Below are positions 19,641 to 28,213 of a stretch of 64,000 bases of DNA, piece after piece (the stretch's first letter is position 1; each line of letters starts with the position of its first letter). The DNA is taken from the NCBI GenBank assembly GCA_965228895.1, contig OZ245842.1:3296001-3360000 (forward strand), given 5' to 3'. Source of the DNA: Alphaproteobacteria bacterium (GTDB taxonomy: Bacteria > Pseudomonadota > Alphaproteobacteria > SP197). Both the position numbers and the translations under genes were made by a program. The notes beneath the pieces are model-generated. The model had not been told where the DNA came from, searched no databases, and worked only from the letters and a program-made list of their open reading frames with translations.

Positions 19641-19669
19641 ACCCTACGAACACGCCGCCGCGCCGTCAA
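19641..19669 (-). promoter_or_regulatory. Sigma70-type promoter
   Basis: TTGACG-N17-TAGGGT. Confidence 0.65.
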
Positions 19670-19688
19670 CGTCGTTCGGCGGCGAGGC

Positions 19689-20366
19689 TCACCGGCCCTT
19701 GTCCAGTTGTGACGCGTCGGCGATACCCAACAGGTCAAAGACAAGCTTGGTGTTGATCTCCAGAGCTTTTTGCTGGCCGATCCGGTTCGGCTCGATCATG
19801 TGCTTGATCCATAGACCATCGGATACGGCGAGAAGCGTCTCTGCAATGCGATCAGTGTCGTAAGACCGGCCGACCTGCTCGCCATACGCGGCGATCTCCT
19901 CCTTGAACACATCCAACCAGGTCGCCGTTTCCTTGCTGCACATGGCCGCCAGTTTTGGGTCATGGAGGGCGCCGGCGTTAAGCGATATCCAGACCGACAA
20001 GTCTCTCGGATGGAAATTCGGCGGCCTGTACATCGTTTCGATCACCCGAAGGATGCGCTCCAGCGGCTCGCCCTCGCGCGCCCTGTAGAAGTTCTCCTTC
20101 CACTTCGCCAACAACGATTCATAGGCGGCGACCATCATCGCGTCCTTCGACGCAAAGTAGTGCCGCACCATGCCGCGGGACAGCCCGGCGATCTCGGTAA
20201 TGGTCGAGATGCTGGTCTCGGCGATGCCGTGGCGAAAGATCGACTCCACCGTCGCGTCGATCAGCATGCCCCGGGCGTCCTCAAGGCGCCGGTGGGTTGG
20301 GCTGGACTGTGCGTTCAACGATCCGACCTCCAAATCATCCGCTGGGTTTCCAGGTGACCGGTTCAC
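19689..20366 (-). CDS. TetR family regulator (BetI-like)
   Basis: IAEIAGLSRG-type HTH (ITEIAGLSRGMVRHYFASKD), C-terminal DGLW. Confidence 0.88.
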   Translation of the reverse strand: MNRSPGNPADDLEVGSLNAQSSPTHRRLEDARGMLIDATVESIFRHGIAETSISTITEIAGLSRGMVRHYFASKDAMMVAAYESLLAKWKENFYRAREGEPLERILRVIETMYRPPNFHPRDLSVWISLNAGALHDPKLAAMCSKETATWLDVFKEEIAAYGEQVGRSYDTDRIAETLLAVSDGLWIKHMIEPNRIGQQKALEINTKLVFDLLGIADASQLDKGR

Positions 20367-20370
20367 CCGG

Positions 20371-20410
20371 TTGACTCAAAGAGTATATGATCGTATTAAT
20401 ATGATCGTAT
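20371..20410 (+). promoter_or_regulatory. Promoter with tandem operator-like repeats
   Basis: TTGACT -35 box; ATATGATCGTAT at 20385 and 20399, between the divergent TetR and Rieske genes. Confidence 0.55.
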
Positions 20411-20459
20411 AGTCTCGCTTTGGCAAGTGATTTCGCCACAAAAAACTGAGGAGTTCCCC

Positions 20460-21632
20460 ATGCGTGAGAAGATCGGAACGACAAATGTCGCCGGAGACGG
20501 TTTCACCGATGACGCGGCGCAGACCCATGCGCCACAGGGCCGCTACTACACGGACCCGAGCATCTTCGAGGCAGAGCAACGCGCGGTCTTTCAAAGCGAG
20601 TGGCAGTATGTGTGCCACCAAACGGAGATCCCCAAATCCGGTGACTATCTTGTCGACGAAATCGGTGGCGAGTGCCTATACGTGATACGCGGCAGAGATG
20701 ATCAGATCCGCGCTTTCTACAATGTCTGCCAACACCGCGGTCATGAACTCCTGACCGGGCGCGGCAACGTCAAAATGGTGGTGATATGTCCCTACCACGC
20801 CTGGTGCTACGATCTGGAGGGCAAGCTGCGCAACGCGCCAATGTGCGACGAGGTCAAAGGCTTCGACCGTGCCGGCGTCAGACTCACATCGATCAACGTG
20901 GAGATCATCGGCGGGTTCGTCTTCATCAACCTTGATCCGCACGCCAAGCCGCTACGCGAAATGGCGCCGACGTTTGAGCCCATCATCATGGCGATGGTCG
21001 CCGAAGCGCCGGACCTGCAATACGCCACGCACAAAGATTACGACATCAAGGCGAACTGGAAGATCGTCACCGAGAATTTTCTGGAGGCCTATCACGTCGG
21101 ACGTTGTGGAAAGGCCCATGTCGCGCTCGGCAACATCATCGATACGTCGACCTACGGATTCAAGATCGACGGCCGGACGATCGAGTACACCGCGCGTGGC
21201 GGCCAGGCCGATGTCATCCCTTACGACGTCAACGAGACCGACGCCTTCACCAACACGCGCGGCGCGCCGTTTCATCAGGTCTTCTTGTGGCCCAACATGA
21301 CTTTCTCGGTCTTCCCCGGCACGAACATGCTGTTCGTCTTCAACATGAAACCGGCGGGTCCGGACCGCGTTGCTGAGAGGATTATCTATTTCACCCTCGA
21401 CGGGACCATGTCCGTACCCACCGAAACGGCCGAGGCCTATATCAGCAACCAGCTCAATACCGAGGATGTCGATCTCGTCGAGGCGGTGCAACGCGGTGTC
21501 AGCTCACGCGGTTACAACCCCGGCCGGCTGATGGTCGACCCCGAGCAGAAAGCAGGCTGGGGTGAGCATTTCATTCACCATTTCAACAGGCTGAACCTGG
21601 ATGCGCTGAGCCGGGCAGACATGGCCGGCTGA
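20460..21632 (+). CDS. Rieske oxygenase alpha subunit (CntA/choline monooxygenase-like)
   Basis: CQHRGH...CPYHAW, NWK..ENFLEAYH with a Glu at the bridging position. Confidence 0.88.
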   Translation: MREKIGTTNVAGDGFTDDAAQTHAPQGRYYTDPSIFEAEQRAVFQSEWQYVCHQTEIPKSGDYLVDEIGGECLYVIRGRDDQIRAFYNVCQHRGHELLTGRGNVKMVVICPYHAWCYDLEGKLRNAPMCDEVKGFDRAGVRLTSINVEIIGGFVFINLDPHAKPLREMAPTFEPIIMAMVAEAPDLQYATHKDYDIKANWKIVTENFLEAYHVGRCGKAHVALGNIIDTSTYGFKIDGRTIEYTARGGQADVIPYDVNETDAFTNTRGAPFHQVFLWPNMTFSVFPGTNMLFVFNMKPAGPDRVAERIIYFTLDGTMSVPTETAEAYISNQLNTEDVDLVEAVQRGVSSRGYNPGRLMVDPEQKAGWGEHFIHHFNRLNLDALSRADMAG

Positions 21633-21652
21633 CGGAACCAGACGCCGCGCCG

Positions 21653-22900
21653 TCAATCTCGCGCACGCCACGGCAGGGTGCCTTCGACCCACATCATGAC
21701 GGCGAACGACACGGTCGCCAGCACCGCGAAACCCGCGACAAGTGGCAGCACAGTGCCGTCATAGAACTGGCCGATCACCGTGCCCAAGGTCAGTGAAATG
21801 AACATCGCGACCGAACCGATGACCGACGATGCCGACCCCGCGATATGGCCCAGCGGCTCCATCGCAAGCGCGTTGAAGTTGCCGAACACGAAGCCGACAA
21901 AGAAGAACGTCACGACGATGTAGAGCATCATCAACCATAACGGCGGGTGGCCGTTCAGCATCACGACGACCGCCAGGAAGATGATGGACAGGACGCTGGC
22001 CGCCGCCAACGCCACACCGGTCAACGGGCGCATGCCGAAACGCATGACAAGCCGCGCGTTGGTGATCGACGCGAAACCCAGGGCGCCCGCCGACATCGCG
22101 AAATAGAGCGGAAACGCCTCACCGACACCGTACGTCACCTGAAAGATCTGCTGGGCGCTCATCAAATAGCCGACAAAGGCGCCAAAGATCAGTCCGGCGG
22201 TGACCATATAGCCCAGCGCCGTGCGGTTGATCAGCGTCTCGCGAAACGCCCGCGCGATGCGCCCGGCCGACAGCTTGCTGCGCCGTTGCGGCGCCAGGGT
22301 CTCCGGCTGGCGTATCCAGAACCAGACGAACGCGACAGCCGCCAGCACCAGGAACATGACGAAGATGCCGCGCCAATGGGTCACCACCATGATGCCCTGG
22401 CCGATCATTGGCGCGAACACGGGCACCAGAATGAACACCGTCATGACCGTCGACATGAGACGCGCCATCTCGCGCCCCTTGAAACGGTCGCGCACCAGCG
22501 CCAGCGTGACAATGCGCGGTCCCGCGGCGCCGATGCCTTGCAGGAAACGCCCGGCCAGCATGACCCAGAACGACGTCGCGACGATCGACAGCACGCAGCC
22601 GGCCATGAAGATTATGAAACCCGCATAGATCACGGGCTTGCGTCCGAAGCTGTCCGAGAGCGGTCCGAAGACGAGCTGGCTTAGCGCCAGGCCCAGGAAA
22701 AGGAAGCTGATGACCAGCTGTTGCCGGTTACCGCCGGCAACACTCATATCATCGCCGATCTGGCCCAGCGCCGGCAGCATGGCATCGATCGAGAGCGCGA
22801 CGATCGAGATCATCAGCGCGATCAAAACGACGAACTCGACACGTCCCGGTTGCTCCGGACCCGTGCCGCCGTCTGGCGTTTTTTCGGTGGCGTCACTCAT
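21653..22900 (-). CDS. Bcr/CflA family MFS transporter
   Basis: IDAMLPAL, GPLSDSFGRKP. Confidence 0.9.
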   Translation of the reverse strand: MSDATEKTPDGGTGPEQPGRVEFVVLIALMISIVALSIDAMLPALGQIGDDMSVAGGNRQQLVISFLFLGLALSQLVFGPLSDSFGRKPVIYAGFIIFMAGCVLSIVATSFWVMLAGRFLQGIGAAGPRIVTLALVRDRFKGREMARLMSTVMTVFILVPVFAPMIGQGIMVVTHWRGIFVMFLVLAAVAFVWFWIRQPETLAPQRRSKLSAGRIARAFRETLINRTALGYMVTAGLIFGAFVGYLMSAQQIFQVTYGVGEAFPLYFAMSAGALGFASITNARLVMRFGMRPLTGVALAAASVLSIIFLAVVVMLNGHPPLWLMMLYIVVTFFFVGFVFGNFNALAMEPLGHIAGSASSVIGSVAMFISLTLGTVIGQFYDGTVLPLVAGFAVLATVSFAVMMWVEGTLPWRARD

Positions 22901-23025
22901 GGCGCGGCGACCATGACCCGCCCGCCGCGTGAACGCCAGAGCGAATCGTGGCTAGGTGGCATCGCTTGGCGATGCCGTCAAAACAAGATCTGCTTTAGAA
23001 GAAAGACAGCCGCCGGCTCATTCTC

Positions 23026-23679
23026 CTAACCGCCGCCGTGGGCGGAGACGCGATCCAGGTCGAATTGCGCGAGGAGATAGCCTTGCTCGATGGACAACGC
23101 GTACCAGTCGGCGGCGATATCGAAATCACCGGGCACGCCAATGCCCCACTCGTACATGTAACCGAGGTTCAAGGACGCATAGGGGTTGCCCTGTTCGGAC
23201 GCCAACAGGTACCAGCGCTTGGCATCTTCAAAATCCTGCGGCACGCCATCGCCGTCGTGATACATCTGGCCGACGATGTTCTGTGCGTCCGCGTCGTTTT
23301 GTTCGGCCTTGGCGAGCAATCGATCGAAATAGGTTTGGGCTTCCGCATCGTCCGGTTTCATGCCGAAACCGTATTTGTGCATGATGCCCAACCAATAGAT
23401 CGAATAGACCTCGTCCTGGGCCGCGCCCAGGCGCGACCATTTGAGCGCCTGACCGTAGTTCTCCGAAACGCCGAACGCCCACAGGTACATGGTGCCGAGC
23501 CAGCCTTGCGCCGTCGCGTTGCCCTGTTCGGCAAGCGGGCGAAAGATGGCGAGCGCTGTTTCGCTGTCACCGCTGTTAAAGGCGGCCTCGCCCTGGGCCA
23601 GCAACGCCGCGTCGTCGGCAGCCCCAGGGGCCGCCGGCAACAGCACGATCATCAACGCAAAGACCGCGATCCATCGCAT
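23026..23679 (-). CDS. Exported Sel1-like repeat protein
   Basis: Signal peptide, repeated A...LG.MY..G.GV..D...A..WY. Confidence 0.9.
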   Translation of the reverse strand: MRWIAVFALMIVLLPAAPGAADDAALLAQGEAAFNSGDSETALAIFRPLAEQGNATAQGWLGTMYLWAFGVSENYGQALKWSRLGAAQDEVYSIYWLGIMHKYGFGMKPDDAEAQTYFDRLLAKAEQNDADAQNIVGQMYHDGDGVPQDFEDAKRWYLLASEQGNPYASLNLGYMYEWGIGVPGDFDIAADWYALSIEQGYLLAQFDLDRVSAHGGG

Positions 23680-23785
23680 GATCCGGCTCCTCAAAAGGAC
23701 TCCAGCCGCCATAAGACCGCACTTCGCCCCATTTCGACACCGATCAAACGGCTAGCTCCTTAAGGTGTAGGTTTCCGGCTGTCGC

Positions 23786-25579
23786 TCAGGACGGACACAG
23801 CGGGCGCACCTCGCCGGCGGCCTCGGCGACCGCGCGGTACTCGTTGACGAAGTCGTCGCTTAAGAAAAACGCGGTCACGCCGTTGGGCAGCACCTCGATG
23901 ATGTTGCCGCCCCAACCCGACATGTGGGAGACCGTCACCCGACACGCGCCCTGACGGACCCAGAAGTACCAAAGCGACATGTGATAGGTCTCGTCAAAAC
24001 TGGGCACGTCCAGACCGCGGATCGGCGTGCGGTAAAACGCCTCGTCCAGCTTCGCCTCGCTCAAGAGCTGTCGGCCGTCATGCCGGCCCTTGTTGTGCAA
24101 CAGCGCCGTGATCTTCACGATGTCGTGGATGGTGGGGTAAAGGCCCGCGGCCATCAGCGGAATGCCCGGCGCGCCGTCGGCCTCCACCGTGCGCGCGATC
24201 GGGATCGACGGGATACCGATCGGCTGGAACACCTCGGCCATCACGTTATCCCAGATGTTCGCCTGCGGACCCTCCAGCCGTTTCAACAGGCTGTCCATGG
24301 CGGCCGCCAGAACAAAACTGTCCATGTTGCGGTAGCGGAAGATCTCGCCCGGCCCCCACGCATAATTGTGACCGGCAAAGGCGGCGCGCAGCTTGCCCGA
24401 CGTCGATTGTGATTCCAGGAACAGCGTCGTCTTCCAACCCGGATAGACCTCCGCATAGTAATGCGCGCTGCCGGCGTTCGGCGAACCCTCGCCGATCCCG
24501 GTCGCCATGTTGAGCGCGTCGGCGAACGTCACGTCCTGCCAGCCCTCGTGCTGCGCGGTGACCTCCAGGTAGTCCTTGATCTTCAGGTCGAAGACCTCCG
24601 GTCCGTGCTTTTCGGCCAGGTACAACATGGCGACCATGCCGCCGAGCGACTTGGTGATCGAAAAGACGCCGTGGCGCATGTCTTCGCAATAGGGGAAGTC
24701 GCCGTAACGCGTCTCGCACGGACGCAGATAGATGATCCCGTCGATAACCAACCCGCTGGCGCTGACCGGCTCATCGCCATGGCGACCGGAGAAAGTGCGT
24801 AACGCCGCCAGCGAAAACACGCGCTCCAGATCGGCGAACGGTCGCACCGGAAGACGTGCCGCGCGGTCCACGTCGAACGCCGCGATCACCGCCGCGGCGT
24901 TGTCGACCGCGTGCGGTTCATAGGTCGCGGCCAACCGGCCATAACCGTTGAAGGTGTTATAGGGCGCCGTCTCCTGCACGATCTGGAACCGCACGTCGGA
25001 AACCTCGCCGTCATCGAAGACAAAGGTCGCGAGACCATTATGCGCCTCGTTCCACCACGCACCGCCGGCCAGCACAAACGGGAAGGATGCGCGCGAACGC
25101 CCATCGTCGTCGGCCTCCGACCAGATCCGCCCCGGTGATACGATGACATCCCATGTGCTCTTGGTGCCGTTGCCACGCACGATGCCCGGCTCAACCGGAA
25201 TCAGAAAACCGTCATGGCTGATGAACGACAGCGCGACCGCGGGGAACCAGCCGTCGGCCCGGCTGTCGCCATCGAAACCCGCCATCGACGTTTCCGGCAG
25301 ATGTAGCGTGCCGGAGAACTGGTGCAGCGCCGGCGCGGCATCACCGACCGGCATGAACCAGCCGTTGTGCACGGCCTGGTCGCCGGCCACACGGCCATGA
25401 CGCAGGACGTCGACCGTCAACGTGTTGCGCACGTCACCGGGTGCCACGACCTCGGCGCGCGCCGCGCCGGTTGCCATCCCCGCCAACACGGCGAGCACAA
25501 CAAAGGCCCGGCCAAACAGCGTCACACGCCGCCCGCGCCGTCCCGTTTTCCCCGTCCCCATAGAAAGAAAGTCAATCAT
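23786..25579 (-). CDS. Exported beta-lactamase-fold serine hydrolase with N-terminal extra domain
   Basis: SITK (SxxK), LNMATG, FRYRN, MSGWGGN; start uncertain. Confidence 0.82.
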   Translation of the reverse strand: MIDFLSMGTGKTGRRGRRVTLFGRAFVVLAVLAGMATGAARAEVVAPGDVRNTLTVDVLRHGRVAGDQAVHNGWFMPVGDAAPALHQFSGTLHLPETSMAGFDGDSRADGWFPAVALSFISHDGFLIPVEPGIVRGNGTKSTWDVIVSPGRIWSEADDDGRSRASFPFVLAGGAWWNEAHNGLATFVFDDGEVSDVRFQIVQETAPYNTFNGYGRLAATYEPHAVDNAAAVIAAFDVDRAARLPVRPFADLERVFSLAALRTFSGRHGDEPVSASGLVIDGIIYLRPCETRYGDFPYCEDMRHGVFSITKSLGGMVAMLYLAEKHGPEVFDLKIKDYLEVTAQHEGWQDVTFADALNMATGIGEGSPNAGSAHYYAEVYPGWKTTLFLESQSTSGKLRAAFAGHNYAWGPGEIFRYRNMDSFVLAAAMDSLLKRLEGPQANIWDNVMAEVFQPIGIPSIPIARTVEADGAPGIPLMAAGLYPTIHDIVKITALLHNKGRHDGRQLLSEAKLDEAFYRTPIRGLDVPSFDETYHMSLWYFWVRQGACRVTVSHMSGWGGNIIEVLPNGVTAFFLSDDFVNEYRAVAEAAGEVRPLCPS

Positions 25580-25711
25580 CTGATGCCGCTCTCCGGTTCT
25601 TGTTGCCGAGATACGTCACGACTTCGTTCACGCAAAGGCGACGTTAGCACAAGATGGTGGGAGGCGACAAAGGGAGGCCTTTTCACACGGCAGTCAGTTC
25701 ATGCGGACGTT

Positions 25712-26083
25712 TCAGCGGCCGTGCGAAACGACCGAGGCATTGAAGTCGGAATACATGCCGGGTTCGTACCACCAGGAGCACTGCGCGGTACTCAACACGA
25801 TCAGCAGAAGGATGTAAGCGAGGACATAGGAGCTCAGCGAGACTGCCGTGGAAATCGGCCTGGTGCGCCAGGAGTCATCCTTGGTAAACGCGCCATACAA
25901 ATCGACGACATTGCCGACGACCGTGTTGTCCATCCCCTTGGTCTTGTCGTTGGGATCGAGGTCTTCAAGCGTCAGCGCCTCGTCTTTAGGGTCCTGATAG
26001 GCGCGCGGCGCCGCAGAGTTGGCTACCTGCCGCAGCTTGGCGGCCTCCTCACGTCGTTTACTCGCTCTCTCGTTACCATCCAT
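25712..26083 (-). CDS. Hypothetical membrane protein
   Basis: One TM segment near the C-terminus. Confidence 0.45.
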   Translation of the reverse strand: MDGNERASKRREEAAKLRQVANSAAPRAYQDPKDEALTLEDLDPNDKTKGMDNTVVGNVVDLYGAFTKDDSWRTRPISTAVSLSSYVLAYILLLIVLSTAQCSWWYEPGMYSDFNASVVSHGR

Positions 26084-26199
26084 AGCGGATCTCACGTCAG
26101 CGATGTATGTCAAGTCTAACAGATCGCGCGCAGATTGCGAAAAAGGCACTCTGGTTTGGACGTGCAAGCGAGACCTGCGGGCCTCAATAGGAGGGCGAC

Positions 26200-26610
26200 T
26201 CAGGGCGCTTGCTCCAGACGCCGAAACTCACCTGCGGAGATGACGTCGTCGCTCTGTAGCTCCTCCGTCCAAACGTAAGACAACGCGTCACCGTCAACGA
26301 TCATCTGGATATGACCGTCGATGCAGCGAAACCGCCCGCGCGTAATCGTCTCGTAGTACGCGTAGATCCCGCCCTCGGCAGAAATCAGCGTGAGCCGGCC
26401 GTCACAATCGTACACCGGATAGAAACTCGATCCCTCCTCGGCCTTCTCGAAGACCAGCGTGGCGTCGTAGGTGCCAAACCCCTTTTCGTCCACAATGCCC
26501 TGCCAGGTGCCGACGATTGGCTCGGTTGCGGAGGCGGTCGTCGGCAAAGAGAGCGGGCTGGTGATAGCGGCTATGAGGCACGCGGCGAAACCAATCAATG
26601 TCGGGCGCAT
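26200..26610 (-). CDS. Exported hypothetical protein (two Cys, beta-rich)
   Basis: Signal peptide, GTWQG, TGATG coupling to the upstream gene. Confidence 0.65.
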   Translation of the reverse strand: MRPTLIGFAACLIAAITSPLSLPTTASATEPIVGTWQGIVDEKGFGTYDATLVFEKAEEGSSFYPVYDCDGRLTLISAEGGIYAYYETITRGRFRCIDGHIQMIVDGDALSYVWTEELQSDDVISAGEFRRLEQAP

Positions 26611-27401
26611 CAAGGCGCCTGCAGGTGCAACGCCAGGAACGCCTCCAGGCGCCGATAGGCGTCCGCCGCCGCTTCCGGATCGTAGGACAGTTTGTGTCCG
26701 AGATAGACAAGATCCTCGCCTTCCCAATCGAACGCATGGGTCGCGCCGGGGTAAACGACGAGCTCGAAGCTCTGCGTTGCATCGGGAAGTTCCATCGTCT
26801 CGCAGTTCCAGGCCCTCGTCCAGTCGTCGGCCTCGCCGATCAGCACCAGGAGCGGCGCGTCCAGACCGCGGGTCAAATCACACCAGGGATAGAACGCGAC
26901 GGCCGCGTTGAAGGGTGTCGTCGTGCGCGGCTCGTACTTCGATATGTTGCTGATGGCCTTCATGACCGTGATGCCACCGTGAGACCAGCCGACAACGGCG
27001 ATCCTGTCGCCGTCGACATAGGGCAGGCTCGCCAGAAACTCTCTGCCCGCATGGGCGTCGCGCGCCCGGGTGGCAGGGCTGGCACGGCTCATGTCCGGTG
27101 ATAGCGTGCACAAGTTGTCGATGCCGCGCGGCCCGAAGCTGTCGATGCGCAGCGTCACATAACCCCATGACGAAATCCGGGTGTAGTTGTCCCACGTTCC
27201 CTGCAAGTCCGTTCCATTGCAGCCATGCAGCAGCACGACCGCCGGAAACGGCCCCTCACCGTCGGGTACGGTGAGTTTCGCCTGCAGCATCGTCGTCTCG
27301 CCGGAGAACTCCTCCATCGGAAACGTGACGATCTCGCTTTCGGCGCGGGCGGATAGGGGCAACAGAGCCAACAAGAGAATAACGACCGAAGCGCGCATCA
27401 T
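26610..27401 (-). CDS. Exported dienelactone hydrolase family protein
   Basis: HGCNG, GWSHG, GEADDW, YPGATHAFD. Confidence 0.9.
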   Translation of the reverse strand: MMRASVVILLLALLPLSARAESEIVTFPMEEFSGETTMLQAKLTVPDGEGPFPAVVLLHGCNGTDLQGTWDNYTRISSWGYVTLRIDSFGPRGIDNLCTLSPDMSRASPATRARDAHAGREFLASLPYVDGDRIAVVGWSHGGITVMKAISNISKYEPRTTTPFNAAVAFYPWCDLTRGLDAPLLVLIGEADDWTRAWNCETMELPDATQSFELVVYPGATHAFDWEGEDLVYLGHKLSYDPEAAADAYRRLEAFLALHLQAP

Positions 27402-28192
27402 GGCCTCCCCAAATGAAGGTCAAGGAGCTCACGCATACGTCGATAGGCGTCCTGTGTTGCTTCTGGGTCGAATGTAAACTTGTGACCGAGATACTCTGGC
27501 TCAATATCGTCCCAGTCGAATGTGTGGGTCGCTCCGGGATACACGACAAGCTCATAGTCGTGGGTTGTCTCACCTTCGAGTGTCAACGACTGACAATGGG
27601 AAGCCCTCGTCCAGCTATCGGCATCGCCAATCAGCACCAAGAGCGGCGCATCCAACCGCCGAAGCACAAGGTCACCGCAATAGGGATAGAACGCTACAGC
27701 GGCCTTGAAAGGATCCGATCTAAGAGGCTCGTGCATGGCGTCATTGCTGACGGCTTTCAGGACGGTCCAGCCGCCATGGGACCACCCAACGAGACCTATC
27801 CGGTTACCGTCGACGTAAGGCAAACTCGCTAGGAAGTCCTTGCCGGCATGCGCATCAAGGGCGCGAACGGCAGGGCTGCCGACATATCTGTTCTCAAGAT
27901 CGCAGACTTGAGCAATACCTCGCGGCCCAAAGCTATCAATTCGCAGGGTCACATAGCCCCACGACGAAAGCAGCGAATAGTTAGGCCAGGTCCGTTCTAA
28001 GTCTGTCCCGCCACAGCCATGCAGCAGCACGACGGCCGGGAACGGTCCTTCGCCATCAGGCTTGTTGAGTTTCGCGCGCAGCACCGTCGTCTCGCCCGAG
28101 AACTCGGTCACCGGGAACGTGACGATCTCACTTTCGGCTTGCGCCGGCATCGCCAGCAACAGCAAGACAACACTGATCGCGATACACTTCAT
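27398..28192 (-). CDS. Exported dienelactone hydrolase family protein (paralogue)
   Basis: HGCGG, GWSHG, YPGATHTFD. Confidence 0.9.
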   Translation of the reverse strand: MKCIAISVVLLLLAMPAQAESEIVTFPVTEFSGETTVLRAKLNKPDGEGPFPAVVLLHGCGGTDLERTWPNYSLLSSWGYVTLRIDSFGPRGIAQVCDLENRYVGSPAVRALDAHAGKDFLASLPYVDGNRIGLVGWSHGGWTVLKAVSNDAMHEPLRSDPFKAAVAFYPYCGDLVLRRLDAPLLVLIGDADSWTRASHCQSLTLEGETTHDYELVVYPGATHTFDWDDIEPEYLGHKFTFDPEATQDAYRRMRELLDLHLGRP

Positions 28193-28213
28193 GCCGTCCC
28201 CCTCTCTCGTCGC

